Shown: positions 8,848-19,074 of the stretch, piece by piece
How the letters are laid out: the number at the start of each line of letters is the position of its first letter
Numbering within the stretch: the stretch's first letter is position 1
Sequence record: LR745206.1
Strand: one strand, 5' to 3'
Length of the DNA stretch: 64,000 nt
The notes under the pieces: generated by a model
The model's input: only the letters and a program-made list of their open reading frames with translations
Told to the model about the DNA's origin: nothing
Databases searched by the model: none
Position numbers and translations under genes: made by a program

Positions 8848-9665
8848 TGTTAGATTTAAATAAAATATACCAAGGTGATTCATTACAATTATTAAAAGAT
8901 ATGCCGGACAACTCTGTTGATCTGGTAATAACCTCACCTCCATATGCTGATTTGAAAACATATATAGATTTCAAGGGAATATTAGCAGATGATTATGTGG
9001 AATGGTTTCTACCGTATTGTAATGAGATATGTCGAGTTATTAAACCAACTGGTTCATTTATTCTAAATATAAATGATAAGGTTGAAAATAGGTTCAGACA
9101 TCCTTATGTATTTGATTTAATATCTGAGTTACATAAAAGAACAGATCTTAAATTATTTGAGAGACTATTTTGGAATAAAATGAAAGGTTTACCAAATAGG
9201 TATAGATTTGGTGATAGAGTAGAGTATCTATTTTGGTTTGCTAAAGATAAAGAATTCTATTTTAATATAGATGAAATGAGAACCGAGTATGCTGAGAAAT
9301 CCATAAAAAGAATGAAGAAACCTTTGAAGAAGAGGTTTGCTAGAACTGATGGTGATGGTGAAGTAGATTATAAAGACTGGAACCCGAATCCAAAGGGTGC
9401 TTTACCAACCACACTTGTTAATATATCATCCGAGTCCAAAAGGATTGCTGATAATCATGTGGCTGTTTATCCAGTTGAGTTGGTTAAATACTTTATAAAA
9501 GGTTCTTCGAAAGAAGGAGATGTAATTCTAGATCCATTTATGGGTACTGGTACAACTGCTTTAGCAGCAAAGGAGTTGAATAGAAATTATATCGGATTTG
9601 AGCTACAACCTGATTATATAAAAGTTGCTAAGAAAAGAATAGATGATTATGTTAAGAATATCTAA
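8847..9665 (+). CDS. DNA methyltransferase, N4-C/N6-A beta class
   Basis: ITSPPY, HVAVYP, ILDPFMGTGTT. Confidence 0.92.
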   Translation: MLDLNKIYQGDSLQLLKDMPDNSVDLVITSPPYADLKTYIDFKGILADDYVEWFLPYCNEICRVIKPTGSFILNINDKVENRFRHPYVFDLISELHKRTDLKLFERLFWNKMKGLPNRYRFGDRVEYLFWFAKDKEFYFNIDEMRTEYAEKSIKRMKKPLKKRFARTDGDGEVDYKDWNPNPKGALPTTLVNISSESKRIADNHVAVYPVELVKYFIKGSSKEGDVILDPFMGTGTTALAAKELNRNYIGFELQPDYIKVAKKRIDDYVKNI

Positions 9666-9933
9666 GAATTTAAATAAAATAGTTTCAATAAAAAGATACT
9701 TATCTGAGGTTAATGAATCTGTTGATATAGACAGTTTTCTAATTATACCTGGTGTAACAATATACACTGGTATCTATCAAAGTAAGAATACACTTTGTTT
9801 CATGGAACAAACAGGGGATTCAGTATTGGTAGTTGAATTTCCATCAGAGGGAGATGTTGATAGATTTTTCACATTTATAATGAGGGATATTAAATTAAAT
9901 CAAATAATGAATTTAAATGACTCTAAAGAATAG
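9643..9933 (+). CDS. hypothetical protein with RxxK motif
   Basis: MRDIKLNQIM near C-terminus. Confidence 0.6.
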   Translation: MIMLRISKNLNKIVSIKRYLSEVNESVDIDSFLIIPGVTIYTGIYQSKNTLCFMEQTGDSVLVVEFPSEGDVDRFFTFIMRDIKLNQIMNLNDSKE

Positions 9934-9957
9934 AGATAAAAATTGACCAAATGTTAA

Positions 9958-10203
9958 TTGAAAGTTTATTGTAAGAGAACAGTTATAAATGAAAATAGTA
10001 ATAAAATTAGATGGAGTAGAGATAAGTATTATCAAACGAAAACTCCTGATGATTATGAATTAAATAATGGTGTTTATATGTATGTTATAGTGGAAGATCA
10101 TAAAAAATTATATTATCCATTATCAAAAAAAGATTTTGATAGATATTTTATTGGTATGGATGAAATTAGAAATAATAAATTAAATCAAATATTAAATGAT
10201 TGA
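9958..10203 (+). CDS. hypothetical protein with RxxK motif
   Basis: Ends IRNNKLNQILND. Confidence 0.6.
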   Translation: MKVYCKRTVINENSNKIRWSRDKYYQTKTPDDYELNNGVYMYVIVEDHKKLYYPLSKKDFDRYFIGMDEIRNNKLNQILND

Positions 10204-10936
10204 TTTTAACTTCCTAACGGATTTAGAAATATTGAAATGGAATGATAGATTATTTGGTAGTAAATACCAAGTAAAACCACATTATGGTAATAAAATGTCT
10301 TATCCAGAACTTTTGGTATTTAAAAAAGATTATAATGGTGGGTTATTAACCATACCAGATCCATCTATAAATTTTGATTTTATATTTTCTGTCAGTTCAA
10401 ATAGAACACAGAATTTTTTTGATATTTTAGATAAAATAATTAAAAAGGATTTTATCACTGAATTTACACATCATGTTGGTAATAACAAATATGAATCAAA
10501 TAATATTTTAATTACTGATGGTTTAGTAACATCTAAGAGTGAGGAAGAACACTATTTACTAAAAAGGAAATATATAAAATATACATATAAGTTCACTGGT
10601 AAATTATCATCCATAATGGCATATGTTTCATGTATAAGTGATAGTATAAATATATTTGAATTGATTTGGGGATATGATGAGAAAGGTAATGAGCATTGCT
10701 TACTCGACTATCCAATTGGTACTATTGTATCTATTGAGAAGGATAAGTCCAAGGACTATTTAGTATTGGAGTATAAATATGAAAAATCCACAAATAATGA
10801 ATTTATTATAAAATATATCTGTTCTGAAATGTTAAACACCGATTCTTGTATTATACAATACAGTGATACGAAGATATATAAAAGTGATGAATTGTGTTAT
10901 AGTAGAAACAATCGAATTGATGATATCTTAAATTAA
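10196..10936 (+). CDS. hypothetical protein with RxxK-like motif
   Basis: Ends SRNNRIDDILN. Confidence 0.65.
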   Translation: MIDFNFLTDLEILKWNDRLFGSKYQVKPHYGNKMSYPELLVFKKDYNGGLLTIPDPSINFDFIFSVSSNRTQNFFDILDKIIKKDFITEFTHHVGNNKYESNNILITDGLVTSKSEEEHYLLKRKYIKYTYKFTGKLSSIMAYVSCISDSINIFELIWGYDEKGNEHCLLDYPIGTIVSIEKDKSKDYLVLEYKYEKSTNNEFIIKYICSEMLNTDSCIIQYSDTKIYKSDELCYSRNNRIDDILN

Positions 10937-10937
10937 A

Positions 10938-11312
10938 ATGGATTATAAGGAATTTGTATATAAAAACAATAAACCATATATATTGGACTTCTCCACAAAG
11001 AGTTGTGTTAGAGAGGTTCTTATAGAAGAAAGACTTGAACAACTTCTATCACTATTTAAGGATAAAGATATTGTTACTGGAAAAGAAATAGTTAATAATT
11101 TAAAATTATCTGATGATGATAGATATATCAATGGTCATGGTGATAACCCGGAATATGTTAAATGTTTTTTTAAGCATTTCTTACATGAAAATAAAGTGTT
11201 AGTAACAAACCCTGGTCAAGATTTAGCATCATCAGTTTTGATTATTAATCATTATGGGTTAACAAAAGAGTATCAAAGAGAATTAAAACTATCAAGAATA
11301 TTGGATAATTAA
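10938..11312 (+). CDS. hypothetical protein with RxxK motif
   Basis: Ends QRELKLSRILDN. Confidence 0.6.
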   Translation: MDYKEFVYKNNKPYILDFSTKSCVREVLIEERLEQLLSLFKDKDIVTGKEIVNNLKLSDDDRYINGHGDNPEYVKCFFKHFLHENKVLVTNPGQDLASSVLIINHYGLTKEYQRELKLSRILDN

Positions 11313-11322
11313 TTTTAATCCT

Positions 11323-11330
11323 TATATTTG
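11323..11330 (+). promoter_or_regulatory. TAnnTTTG promoter element upstream of atypical tRNA
   Basis: TATATTTG 9 nt before the acceptor stem. Confidence 0.6.
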
Positions 11331-11339
11331 TAAAAATAT

Positions 11340-11420
11340 GCGGGTGGTTCCTAATCAGTACAGGTGTGCTGGGTGGCTTCTAACCCCACTGGATTTGGGG
11401 TTCGACTCCTCTCACCCGCA
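11340..11420 (+). tRNA. atypical tRNA-like element, probably tRNA-Arg(TCT)-derived
   Basis: Acceptor GCGGGTG/CACCCGC, T-arm GGGG-TTCGACT-CCTC, loop CTTCTAA; irregular D region and anticodon stem; no encoded CCA. Confidence 0.6.
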
Positions 11421-11622
11421 CAAATTGGAAAAGGCAAACTATATAGGATACGACTTCATGTTTGATGTTTATTATCTTTGGGATAAAGGATCAAGATTGG
11501 GTGTTAAACGGAATCCACATTACACCGATAATAATGGGTGGATGTCAAGTAGGGTATGGGAGACTGATAGAAGTTATGGTCAATTCCAAACAATATTAAA
11601 TGTTTTACATATAAAATTGAAG

Positions 11623-11910
11623 ATGAAAGGAAAATGGAATGGTCAAACCAAGACCGAATTTGATAAAAACTCAAGACGAGTAAAAGATATCGTTGATAAA
11701 AGCGCTGGTGATAAAGATAAGGCTATCGCTTTAGCAACAACACAATCCAATAGAATAACAGATGAGTGGAAAGCTATCAATAGAGCTATGGCTGCTAAAG
11801 AAGCAAACCAAGAACATATCTTCGAGGTATTCTTCCAAAGAGCATATGAGTTAGGATCTGTATCAAAACAAGATTATCGTAATTATAAACTTGAAAAGTT
11901 AGGGATATGA
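11623..11910 (+). CDS. hypothetical protein with RxxK motif
   Basis: Likely start MKGKW within ORF 11338..11910; ends YRNYKLEKLGI. Confidence 0.6.
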   Translation: MKGKWNGQTKTEFDKNSRRVKDIVDKSAGDKDKAIALATTQSNRITDEWKAINRAMAAKEANQEHIFEVFFQRAYELGSVSKQDYRNYKLEKLGI

Positions 11911-12215
11911 TAATTAAATCTACAAATTTATTTGATTTAATATGTGATAATATTAAAGGATATAAAGGATATACTCTTGTTGAGATTTCACAAGAAGGTG
12001 ATTCTAAAATCATACATTATGATACAAAAGAAGAGTTTGATAAATATTTCGAAACCAAAAAACACCCTTATTACCCCGGTAATATGTTAGTTCCTAAAAA
12101 CATAACAGGAAATTATGGTGATAGTAAAGAATGTCTAATTGATGATTCGAATGTATCGGAATATATAGAATTCAATAATCTCTATTTATTCATTGATGGT
12201 AAATTATCAAGATAA
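11907..12215 (+). CDS. hypothetical protein
   Basis: Translationally coupled ORF. Confidence 0.6.
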   Translation: MIIKSTNLFDLICDNIKGYKGYTLVEISQEGDSKIIHYDTKEEFDKYFETKKHPYYPGNMLVPKNITGNYGDSKECLIDDSNVSEYIEFNNLYLFIDGKLSR

Positions 12216-12218
12216 ATT

Positions 12219-12536
12219 ATGGGTAAAATAATCAAAACAAAATTTTATTGCAAAGGTACAAGTAAGACAGCTCCGAGAGGATCTAGTTTTGATAATTTAC
12301 AATGGAGTGATAGATTTATCGAAGGTAAATGGTATGATGGTGTTTATGAACTTTGGTATGATGATGAAGAAAGAAATAAAGAATCATATAGGTTAAATAA
12401 TCGATGGAGGAAATATCTAGTAATTAATGAAAGTGGTATTGAAGAAGAAATTTCAAAACCAATGATGAACGCTATATTCGAAATGGATAAAGATGAAATG
12501 AGAAATATAAAAATAGAACAAATACTTAAAAAATAA
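12219..12536 (+). CDS. hypothetical protein with RxxK motif
   Basis: Ends MRNIKIEQILKK. Confidence 0.6.
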   Translation: MGKIIKTKFYCKGTSKTAPRGSSFDNLQWSDRFIEGKWYDGVYELWYDDEERNKESYRLNNRWRKYLVINESGIEEEISKPMMNAIFEMDKDEMRNIKIEQILKK

Positions 12537-12539
12537 ATT

Positions 12540-12950
12540 ATGGATATGGAAGATTACACAGGTACAAAAGAGGTTAAGAAGATTGAAGTTTCAGACCTAT
12601 TTGTTGACATCTACAAAAATTTTAATGTAGTTACACAAATTGAAAAAATGAATCAATTATCAAAAAGAGAACTTTATCTATTACTACTTATTTGTTTGGA
12701 TAAACATTCTGATGAAGATCCGGTTGTTGTTCATAATTTCACGGAATTTAAGAATGAGTGTTTGCAAATATTTGATGTACAAGATGATAAGGATACATCA
12801 GATGAAAGTTTATTAGAGTTAATAAAAGAAACTGGTGATAAATATATTGAGACTGATAATATAGTAGATTCTAATGGTAAACCTTTAACATCACCTTTAA
12901 ATAAAGAAGAGGTTAGAGATGCCAAGATTGATATTATTAATGAGAAATAA
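12540..12950 (+). CDS. hypothetical protein with RxxK motif
   Basis: Ends VRDAKIDIINEK. Confidence 0.6.
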   Translation: MDMEDYTGTKEVKKIEVSDLFVDIYKNFNVVTQIEKMNQLSKRELYLLLLICLDKHSDEDPVVVHNFTEFKNECLQIFDVQDDKDTSDESLLELIKETGDKYIETDNIVDSNGKPLTSPLNKEEVRDAKIDIINEK

Positions 12951-13006
12951 TTTGATATAGTTAAATAAATTAACTATATTTGTAGAAATACTATAAAAAA
13001 GAAAAT

Positions 13007-15202
13007 ATGAAGATAACATTTGATGAAAATACCTTTAGTGAGTTACAGGATGAAAAAAAGAATTCTGGTGGAGCTAGAACTGATAAAAATTGTAAAGTTG
13101 CTTTCTGTGTCGAGGGATTTGAAAGTGATTCTATTTGCGCACCAACAGATGGTACACTAAAACTTATTGGTGTTATGGAGAATGTTGATGTTTGGTGTGA
13201 TGATGGTGCCGCTTTCTACATAACCAAAGATGGTAAATCACATTTAGTTATTGAAGCTATTTTTACTGAAAATTATGATGAATTCGTTGCTGATTATGAC
13301 TTCACTGATATTGATCCAAAAATAAAAGAATTGGATGGTAAGGTTATGTTTGTTAGAAGTAATGAGAATATCTATCGTGATATAGATGGTGATGGTGGTA
13401 TTGGTGAATTAAACAATACACCAACAGCACCTATAATTGGTGATTTTAAACCGAAAAGAAAATTCTTAAATTTCGTATCTGCTGTAAATGGTGTGAAAGT
13501 TCGTTTCATTCGTGATATTGCCTTTCTTAAAGGTGAAAAACTTTCTGGTACACTTGAGGGTGTAGTTTTCAAAATCACTATTTGTGATGAAGGAACTATT
13601 AATTTCGAAGAGGTAGATACAGAAAGGACAGATGTTGCACAAAGACAAAGACTACTTGATGATATTGAAGTAATGGATGTAACAGGATATGCACAAAAAT
13701 TTGTTGTATCTGGTATTCAATTTGCTGATAAAGATGGGGGTATTTGTTATTTAGAAGTTGAGCATCAAAAACCAATTGATAGATTGAGATCATTTTTTGA
13801 TGATGTTGATGAAGAGAGAAAGGTTAAAGAAACCACTTTATCTACTAAAGGATTAAGTATCTTAGACTCTTTATTTGGTGACTCTGATGAATCAGAAAAT
13901 ACTGAACTATCTGATGATATAAATATTATTGATGATGAAAATGTAATTGATGTTGTAGAAGAAAATAAAACAGCACCAGCATTATCATATATGGAGCAAC
14001 AATTTCAAAAAATGAATGAAGATAAAGTAAATGAGTTAAAATCTAGAATAGATGATACTCAAAAAGATGTTAAGAAATATATTAGAGATATTTCGTTCGC
14101 TGAATCTAAGTTAAAAGAAACTAATGATCAATTAGGAGTACTTGAAACAAGATTAGAAACTATGTCTCCTGGTGATGAACCGAACGGTATTTTATTTTTT
14201 GTATCAGAAGAGCAAAAAAATGAAACTGGTCTTGACGAAACAACTAAAGGTATAGCAGATAAAATCGCTAACTTAATGAACCTCAAAAAGGATGTACTTT
14301 TTGATTATTTAACTGGTGGGTTTTATAAGATAAGAATTGCCGAAAAGGGTGATTTTGAAAATAAAGAAACAAAATTTGACAAAGAAATATTGAAAAAGGT
14401 TGTTTCAATTGATCCATCTGCTAAAATCTCAATGATTGGTAATGGTGAGTTTGAATATAGAGGTGATTTAACTTGGCACCAATTGGTTAGTAAAATGATC
14501 CGAAGAGGGTTTGAACAAGAACCAGACTTTGATAAGTTATGTAACTCAAACTCTTATGATTCATCGGTATTAAATGATGGTCCAGAAGATAGCTCTATTG
14601 ATATGAAAAATTCTATTATAGATATGGCTAAAGGTTTGGGTATGAAAGATGTTAAGTTTGGAGAGGATGGTATTGAATTAGTACCAGAAGATAAATCAAA
14701 TACAGAATTTAAAGCATTGAAACTAAGAAGTTATAAGGAACCAACCACTTTAGTAGTAATGGGATCAGTAGATCATAATGATAATAATGATTTTAGTATA
14801 ACTGATGATTATAGTTCATTTGGAGTTTATGTTGGTGGTAAAAAAATAAAAAGAAAATATGGATATGAGTGTGATGGATTTGTTTCTATTATGACAATAC
14901 CAGAATTTCAAAAATTAGTTAAATCTAACCCACATATGACAGAAGATGGTGGTGGGTGTGATTCATTTATACTACCAAACTTCGTTGGAGACATTGAGGT
15001 AGCTGTTAAGTTAGAAGATGGTAGTTATACTACTGACTTTGATTTGGGTGATTATATACAACACCAAGAGTTAGATGGTGAAGATGGATATGTTGATGTG
15101 TTTATGAACTTCCCTGAGGGAACACAAGTAATTGATATGGAAAACCACCAATTCCCAACACAAGTCATTAGAGACTTGAAACTTGAAAAAATATTAAACT
15201 AA
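13007..15202 (+). CDS. large acidic protein with central coiled coil and RxxK motif
   Basis: 731-aa ORF after TATATTTG 12975-12982; ends IRDLKLEKILN. Confidence 0.75.
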   Translation: MKITFDENTFSELQDEKKNSGGARTDKNCKVAFCVEGFESDSICAPTDGTLKLIGVMENVDVWCDDGAAFYITKDGKSHLVIEAIFTENYDEFVADYDFTDIDPKIKELDGKVMFVRSNENIYRDIDGDGGIGELNNTPTAPIIGDFKPKRKFLNFVSAVNGVKVRFIRDIAFLKGEKLSGTLEGVVFKITICDEGTINFEEVDTERTDVAQRQRLLDDIEVMDVTGYAQKFVVSGIQFADKDGGICYLEVEHQKPIDRLRSFFDDVDEERKVKETTLSTKGLSILDSLFGDSDESENTELSDDINIIDDENVIDVVEENKTAPALSYMEQQFQKMNEDKVNELKSRIDDTQKDVKKYIRDISFAESKLKETNDQLGVLETRLETMSPGDEPNGILFFVSEEQKNETGLDETTKGIADKIANLMNLKKDVLFDYLTGGFYKIRIAEKGDFENKETKFDKEILKKVVSIDPSAKISMIGNGEFEYRGDLTWHQLVSKMIRRGFEQEPDFDKLCNSNSYDSSVLNDGPEDSSIDMKNSIIDMAKGLGMKDVKFGEDGIELVPEDKSNTEFKALKLRSYKEPTTLVVMGSVDHNDNNDFSITDDYSSFGVYVGGKKIKRKYGYECDGFVSIMTIPEFQKLVKSNPHMTEDGGGCDSFILPNFVGDIEVAVKLEDGSYTTDFDLGDYIQHQELDGEDGYVDVFMNFPEGTQVIDMENHQFPTQVIRDLKLEKILN

Positions 15203-15256
15203 TTAAGTTTAATAGAATAATATTACGTATATTTGTAAAAATAATAAATAGTTAAA

Positions 15257-16741
15257 ATGGTTATAAAAAACATACACGAAAAACTTCTGAATGGTATTCA
15301 GACAATGCTAATCGATACTAAAGTTAACTTACCTTATTACGGTGAATTTAACTTACATATCAGTTTCCACGAACAAGACTCTATTGGTACTTGTGCGGTT
15401 AACGTAACTTCCAAAGGTATGAACTTTTTCTACTCACCGAAGTTTCTTGAGCATATGTCACAAAAAGAAGTAAACTTCATTACACTTCACGAAGATTTTC
15501 ACTTACTATTTAATCACCCTAAACGTACAGTTAGTGGTCAATACGACCATAAGATGTCAAACATTGTACAAGATATGATTATCAATCATGTTATTTGGGA
15601 AGATATCTCTCATACATTCGTTGAAATCCCTAAATCAAAAGATGGGAAAAATATGGCTTTGTTTGTTCCTAAAGAATACACAGGAAAGCTTATTTTCGAA
15701 GAGTTATATGAGTGGATGAAAGAAGAAAAAGAGAAATGGGATAAAGAAAACAAAAAGAATTCTGAGTGCCAATCTTGTAAAGGTTCTGGTAAAAAGGGAG
15801 AAAAAGGAGAAGGAAAAGATCCTAGTGAAGGAAAAGGTGAAAAAGGAGAAGGTCAGGGTAAAGAACCAGGTGATGGTCAAGGACAAGGAGAACCTAGTGA
15901 AGGAAAAGGCGATGGTCAAGGAGAATCATGTCCAGATTGCCAAGGTACTGGAAATGAAGGTGGTAAAGACTCTAGTGGTAAACCATCATATGGTCCTTAT
16001 GGTAAAAATCCATCCAAAGATGGTGAATCATTAGACACTTGGTCAACAGAACAAATTTTCCAAGATATGGAAAACAACAACGGTGAGTATATGGATAAAC
16101 ATATCGCTGATGATGTTCCGGAAGAAATGAGAGAAGGTATGATTAAGGATGTTATGGAAAGATTAGCATCTCGTGGATTATCAGCGGGTAATGTTGAACA
16201 AACACTTAATAAACTTCGTAAGAAAAGAAAAGATTATTTACGTGAGATTAAAAGAGCAGTATCAAATATGATTTTTGGTACTACTAAACAAAAGACAATT
16301 GTTAAACCTAACAGACGACAAATTGCTGGTCTTAAAGGTAACCGTAAGGTGAAAACAAAAATAAATTGTATCCTTGATACCTCTGGTTCAATGGGTGGTA
16401 CTTTTGAAAAAGTTCTTTCTTATGTTTATAGAAATGATATTGAGATTAACCTAATTGAGGCTGATACACAAGTTAAGTGGGTTGAGAATATTAAAAAGAA
16501 ACGAGGACTTGAGACATTGGTTATTAAAGGACTTGGTGGGACAATATTACAACCAGCTATCAATATGGTTGCTGAGGACTTCAACCAATACAACACAGTT
16601 GTATTAACTGATGGGTATTGTGATTCATTAGACCTTTCTAAGATTAAAGGCAAAGTTCTTATGATTTCGATTGGTGTTAAAGTTCCTATCTCAAGATCTA
16701 ATGGGAAAGTGAAACATATAATGGTTGAGAAAAGCGACTAA
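15257..16741 (+). CDS. DUF2201-like metallopeptidase-motif plus VWA domain protein
   Basis: HEDFH, DxxIN, LDTSGSM MIDAS, GLGGT, LTDG; G/K/E-rich linker flanked by CxxCxGxG. Confidence 0.85.
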   Translation: MVIKNIHEKLLNGIQTMLIDTKVNLPYYGEFNLHISFHEQDSIGTCAVNVTSKGMNFFYSPKFLEHMSQKEVNFITLHEDFHLLFNHPKRTVSGQYDHKMSNIVQDMIINHVIWEDISHTFVEIPKSKDGKNMALFVPKEYTGKLIFEELYEWMKEEKEKWDKENKKNSECQSCKGSGKKGEKGEGKDPSEGKGEKGEGQGKEPGDGQGQGEPSEGKGDGQGESCPDCQGTGNEGGKDSSGKPSYGPYGKNPSKDGESLDTWSTEQIFQDMENNNGEYMDKHIADDVPEEMREGMIKDVMERLASRGLSAGNVEQTLNKLRKKRKDYLREIKRAVSNMIFGTTKQKTIVKPNRRQIAGLKGNRKVKTKINCILDTSGSMGGTFEKVLSYVYRNDIEINLIEADTQVKWVENIKKKRGLETLVIKGLGGTILQPAINMVAEDFNQYNTVVLTDGYCDSLDLSKIKGKVLMISIGVKVPISRSNGKVKHIMVEKSD

Positions 16742-16752
16742 TATAAAAATGT

Positions 16753-16780
16753 AAAGACCTGGTGAAAACTGGGTCTTTTT
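16753..16780 (+). terminator. intrinsic terminator
   Basis: AAAGACCTGG-TGAAAA-CTGGGTCTTTTT. Confidence 0.7.
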
Positions 16781-16794
16781 ATGAAATTAAAAAT

Positions 16795-17052
16795 ATGAGA
16801 TTATCAGAAGTAAAAGAAAATCAAATTGTTAAAATTGGTGAAATGGTTTTGTTGAAATTACCAAATGGTGAATTTGATTGCGCTTTACCTGGTTGTAAAT
16901 TAAAAACTGGTAAAATGACAATGGATGTCAATGTTGAGTTGGCTACAAAAGAAGAATTCCTAAATGCGATTGATAAAGCAGAACATGATAGTGATTGGTA
17001 TTCCTTACTATTGAAGGATGTTATGATATATCATACAAATAAAATATTTTAA
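16795..17052 (+). CDS. hypothetical protein
   Basis: ATG after terminator, MRLSEVKENQ. Confidence 0.55.
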   Translation: MRLSEVKENQIVKIGEMVLLKLPNGEFDCALPGCKLKTGKMTMDVNVELATKEEFLNAIDKAEHDSDWYSLLLKDVMIYHTNKIF

Positions 17053-17303
17053 TATTCTATCTTAGTAACATTTCTTAATTCCACCTCATATTCACTACCA
17101 TCAATCTCAACAGTTACCAATCCATCATTATCAATACTAACAGCTTTTAATGGATCCGCTGGATCATTACCTGGTAAATCTATCACTATTGTTGCATAGA
17201 TAACACCATCACTTTTAATACACTCAATTACATCATCTTGTGTAATGAGAGTTCCACCCTCATTATTTTTCTTAAAATCCTCAAAAAGCATTACCCATTT
17301 CAT
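17049..17303 (-). CDS. small protein with N-terminal tag
   Basis: MKWVMLFEDF; TTTATATATA 5 nt upstream. Confidence 0.65.
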   Translation of the reverse strand: MKWVMLFEDFKKNNEGGTLITQDDVIECIKSDGVIYATIVIDLPGNDPADPLKAVSIDNDGLVTVEIDGSEYEVELRNVTKIEY

Positions 17304-17338
17304 AAATCTATATATAAATAATAATATATAGAATTACT

Positions 17339-17392
17339 ATGAAGTGGATGAAAAAATATGAAGAGTTAGATACAAAGGTTTATAGACGATAG
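17339..17392 (+). pseudogene. 17-codon remnant of the downstream paralog family
   Basis: MKWMKKYEELDTKVYRR* resembles MKYLRKFNEELKPQTYRR; TAATATATA upstream. Confidence 0.5.
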
Positions 17393-17450
17393 TAATAAGA
17401 GAGCGAGTGCTTGGTATAACTCATATGGGTACAAAAATCACGAATAAGAT

Positions 17451-18197
17451 ATGAAATATTTGAGAAAATTTAATGAAGAACTTAAACCACAGACTTATAG
17501 AAGAGCTGCTTATAAGCTTAAGAAAATGGGTCATGTTGATAGAGCATCTGAGTTAGATAAATGGGGTGATAAAATAGAAGATGATTTAAATTATAAGAAA
17601 TGGGGAAAAAACTTAGAAGAATATGCTAAGTTTGGAACATATAAATTAAATATCAAAACAAAGAAGGGTGATATAAATGGTGATTTCTATTTAGATATTA
17701 ACTTTGATGGTGATTCTTTTATTGATTCATTATATGATAATGATGAAAATGGAAATAAAGAAGGTGGTATATGGTTTTTCGTTGGTATTATACCAACAAC
17801 AGAAGAATTGATGAAAGATTGTATGAGTAAATTTCCTGATCCTGATATGGGTAATGGGTTTTTCTGTGGACTTAGTGTTGGATTGGATTTTGAAATAATT
17901 AATAATAAAGTTGAATTTAAAAAATTCAATTTATCTAATTATGATGAATCAATTTCTGGTGATATTTCATTAGGTGATAGACAATCTGCTGGTAGATTTA
18001 GAAATCTATTAAAATCAATGTTTACGAATCCATCGTTGAATTATCCAAGTGGTAGAACTGATGTTGAGTATATGTATCAAGCATTCGAACAAATTATTTT
18101 AAGTGAAGCTGGATTTTCATCTGATTATGGATTTAGATTAGAAGATGCTGTTGAATTTATTAACACTATATCACCAAATACAATGTATAAAGCTTAA
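17451..18197 (+). CDS. tagged putative virion-internal protein, paralog 1
   Basis: MKYLRKFNEEL...KMGHVDRASEL; GDFYLDINF. Confidence 0.75.
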   Translation: MKYLRKFNEELKPQTYRRAAYKLKKMGHVDRASELDKWGDKIEDDLNYKKWGKNLEEYAKFGTYKLNIKTKKGDINGDFYLDINFDGDSFIDSLYDNDENGNKEGGIWFFVGIIPTTEELMKDCMSKFPDPDMGNGFFCGLSVGLDFEIINNKVEFKKFNLSNYDESISGDISLGDRQSAGRFRNLLKSMFTNPSLNYPSGRTDVEYMYQAFEQIILSEAGFSSDYGFRLEDAVEFINTISPNTMYKA

Positions 18198-18198
18198 T

Positions 18199-19074
18199 AT
18201 GAAATACTTAAAGAGATTTAATGAAGAGTTACAACCTTATACTTATAGAAAGGCTGCTGATAAATTAACCAAAATGGGTCATGTTAGAAGAGGTAGTGAA
18301 TTAACAAAATGGGCTGATGAAACACAAATTAAATTAGATAAACAAAGAGAAATAGAAAATTATAATAGACTATCTAAATATCCATCATTTGAAATGGAGA
18401 TAAGAAAAGATAGATGGAATTCAAGTTCAAAATCCAGGGATTTCGCACAAGAACCTCTGATAAAAGGTAATTTCTTCATAGATATATCATTTGAAGATGA
18501 TATGTTTAATGATCAATATAGTGATTGGTTGGATGATAAATCATATGGATTAAACATATTCTTCACCGTTGGTATTTTCCCAGCAGATGATGAAACTAGA
18601 ATTAAACTAAAACAAATAGAAGATAAATTATCCGATGAAGTATATGATTCTGCTTACTATCCAATTTGGATGGGTTTCAAGTTATCAAATCCAAAAGACA
18701 CTAAAATAGATTTCCCGAAATCATTTATATGGGACACCAGAGAAAATGACACTTTGTTATTTTCAAATAGAAGAGAAGCTCTAAAGTTTAAACGATTATT
18801 ATCAGATTGTTTTGAGGGTAAGAATAAATTTGGTGAATCCAAATGGTCTCCTGATGGTATAGGTGAGGTTGTTAAGAAAAGGTTTACACTAACCGAGGAT
18901 CAACAAATAGAAAGATTTTCTTGGATACATAAAAATGATACACCAGAAGATATTCAAGAGAAAAGAAGAAAATCTATTGAAAGAATTGGTGATAATTTTC
19001 TTACAATAGATAATTATAATGAATTAGTGAGTGTTATTAAGTCTATATCAATAAATAAATTATATAGACATTAA
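18199..19074 (+). CDS. tagged putative virion-internal protein, paralog 2
   Basis: MKYLKRFNEEL...KMGHVRRGSEL; GNFFIDISF. Confidence 0.75.
   Translation: MKYLKRFNEELQPYTYRKAADKLTKMGHVRRGSELTKWADETQIKLDKQREIENYNRLSKYPSFEMEIRKDRWNSSSKSRDFAQEPLIKGNFFIDISFEDDMFNDQYSDWLDDKSYGLNIFFTVGIFPADDETRIKLKQIEDKLSDEVYDSAYYPIWMGFKLSNPKDTKIDFPKSFIWDTRENDTLLFSNRREALKFKRLLSDCFEGKNKFGESKWSPDGIGEVVKKRFTLTEDQQIERFSWIHKNDTPEDIQEKRRKSIERIGDNFLTIDNYNELVSVIKSISINKLYRH

Noticed and set aside
11340-11420. tRNA-Sec or tRNA-Pyl
   Set aside because: No TCA anticodon or long variable arm, and it lacks the short D-loop and variable loop of tRNA-Pyl
11338-11622. N-terminal 95 codons of ORF 11338..11910 as protein
   Set aside because: They overlap the tRNA-like element; an AT-rich leader and ATG at 11623 is the more plausible start, though a start at the internal MFDV is not excluded
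16762-16794. GTG start for ORF 16762..17052
   Set aside because: The GTG lies inside the terminator hairpin; ATG16795 preferred
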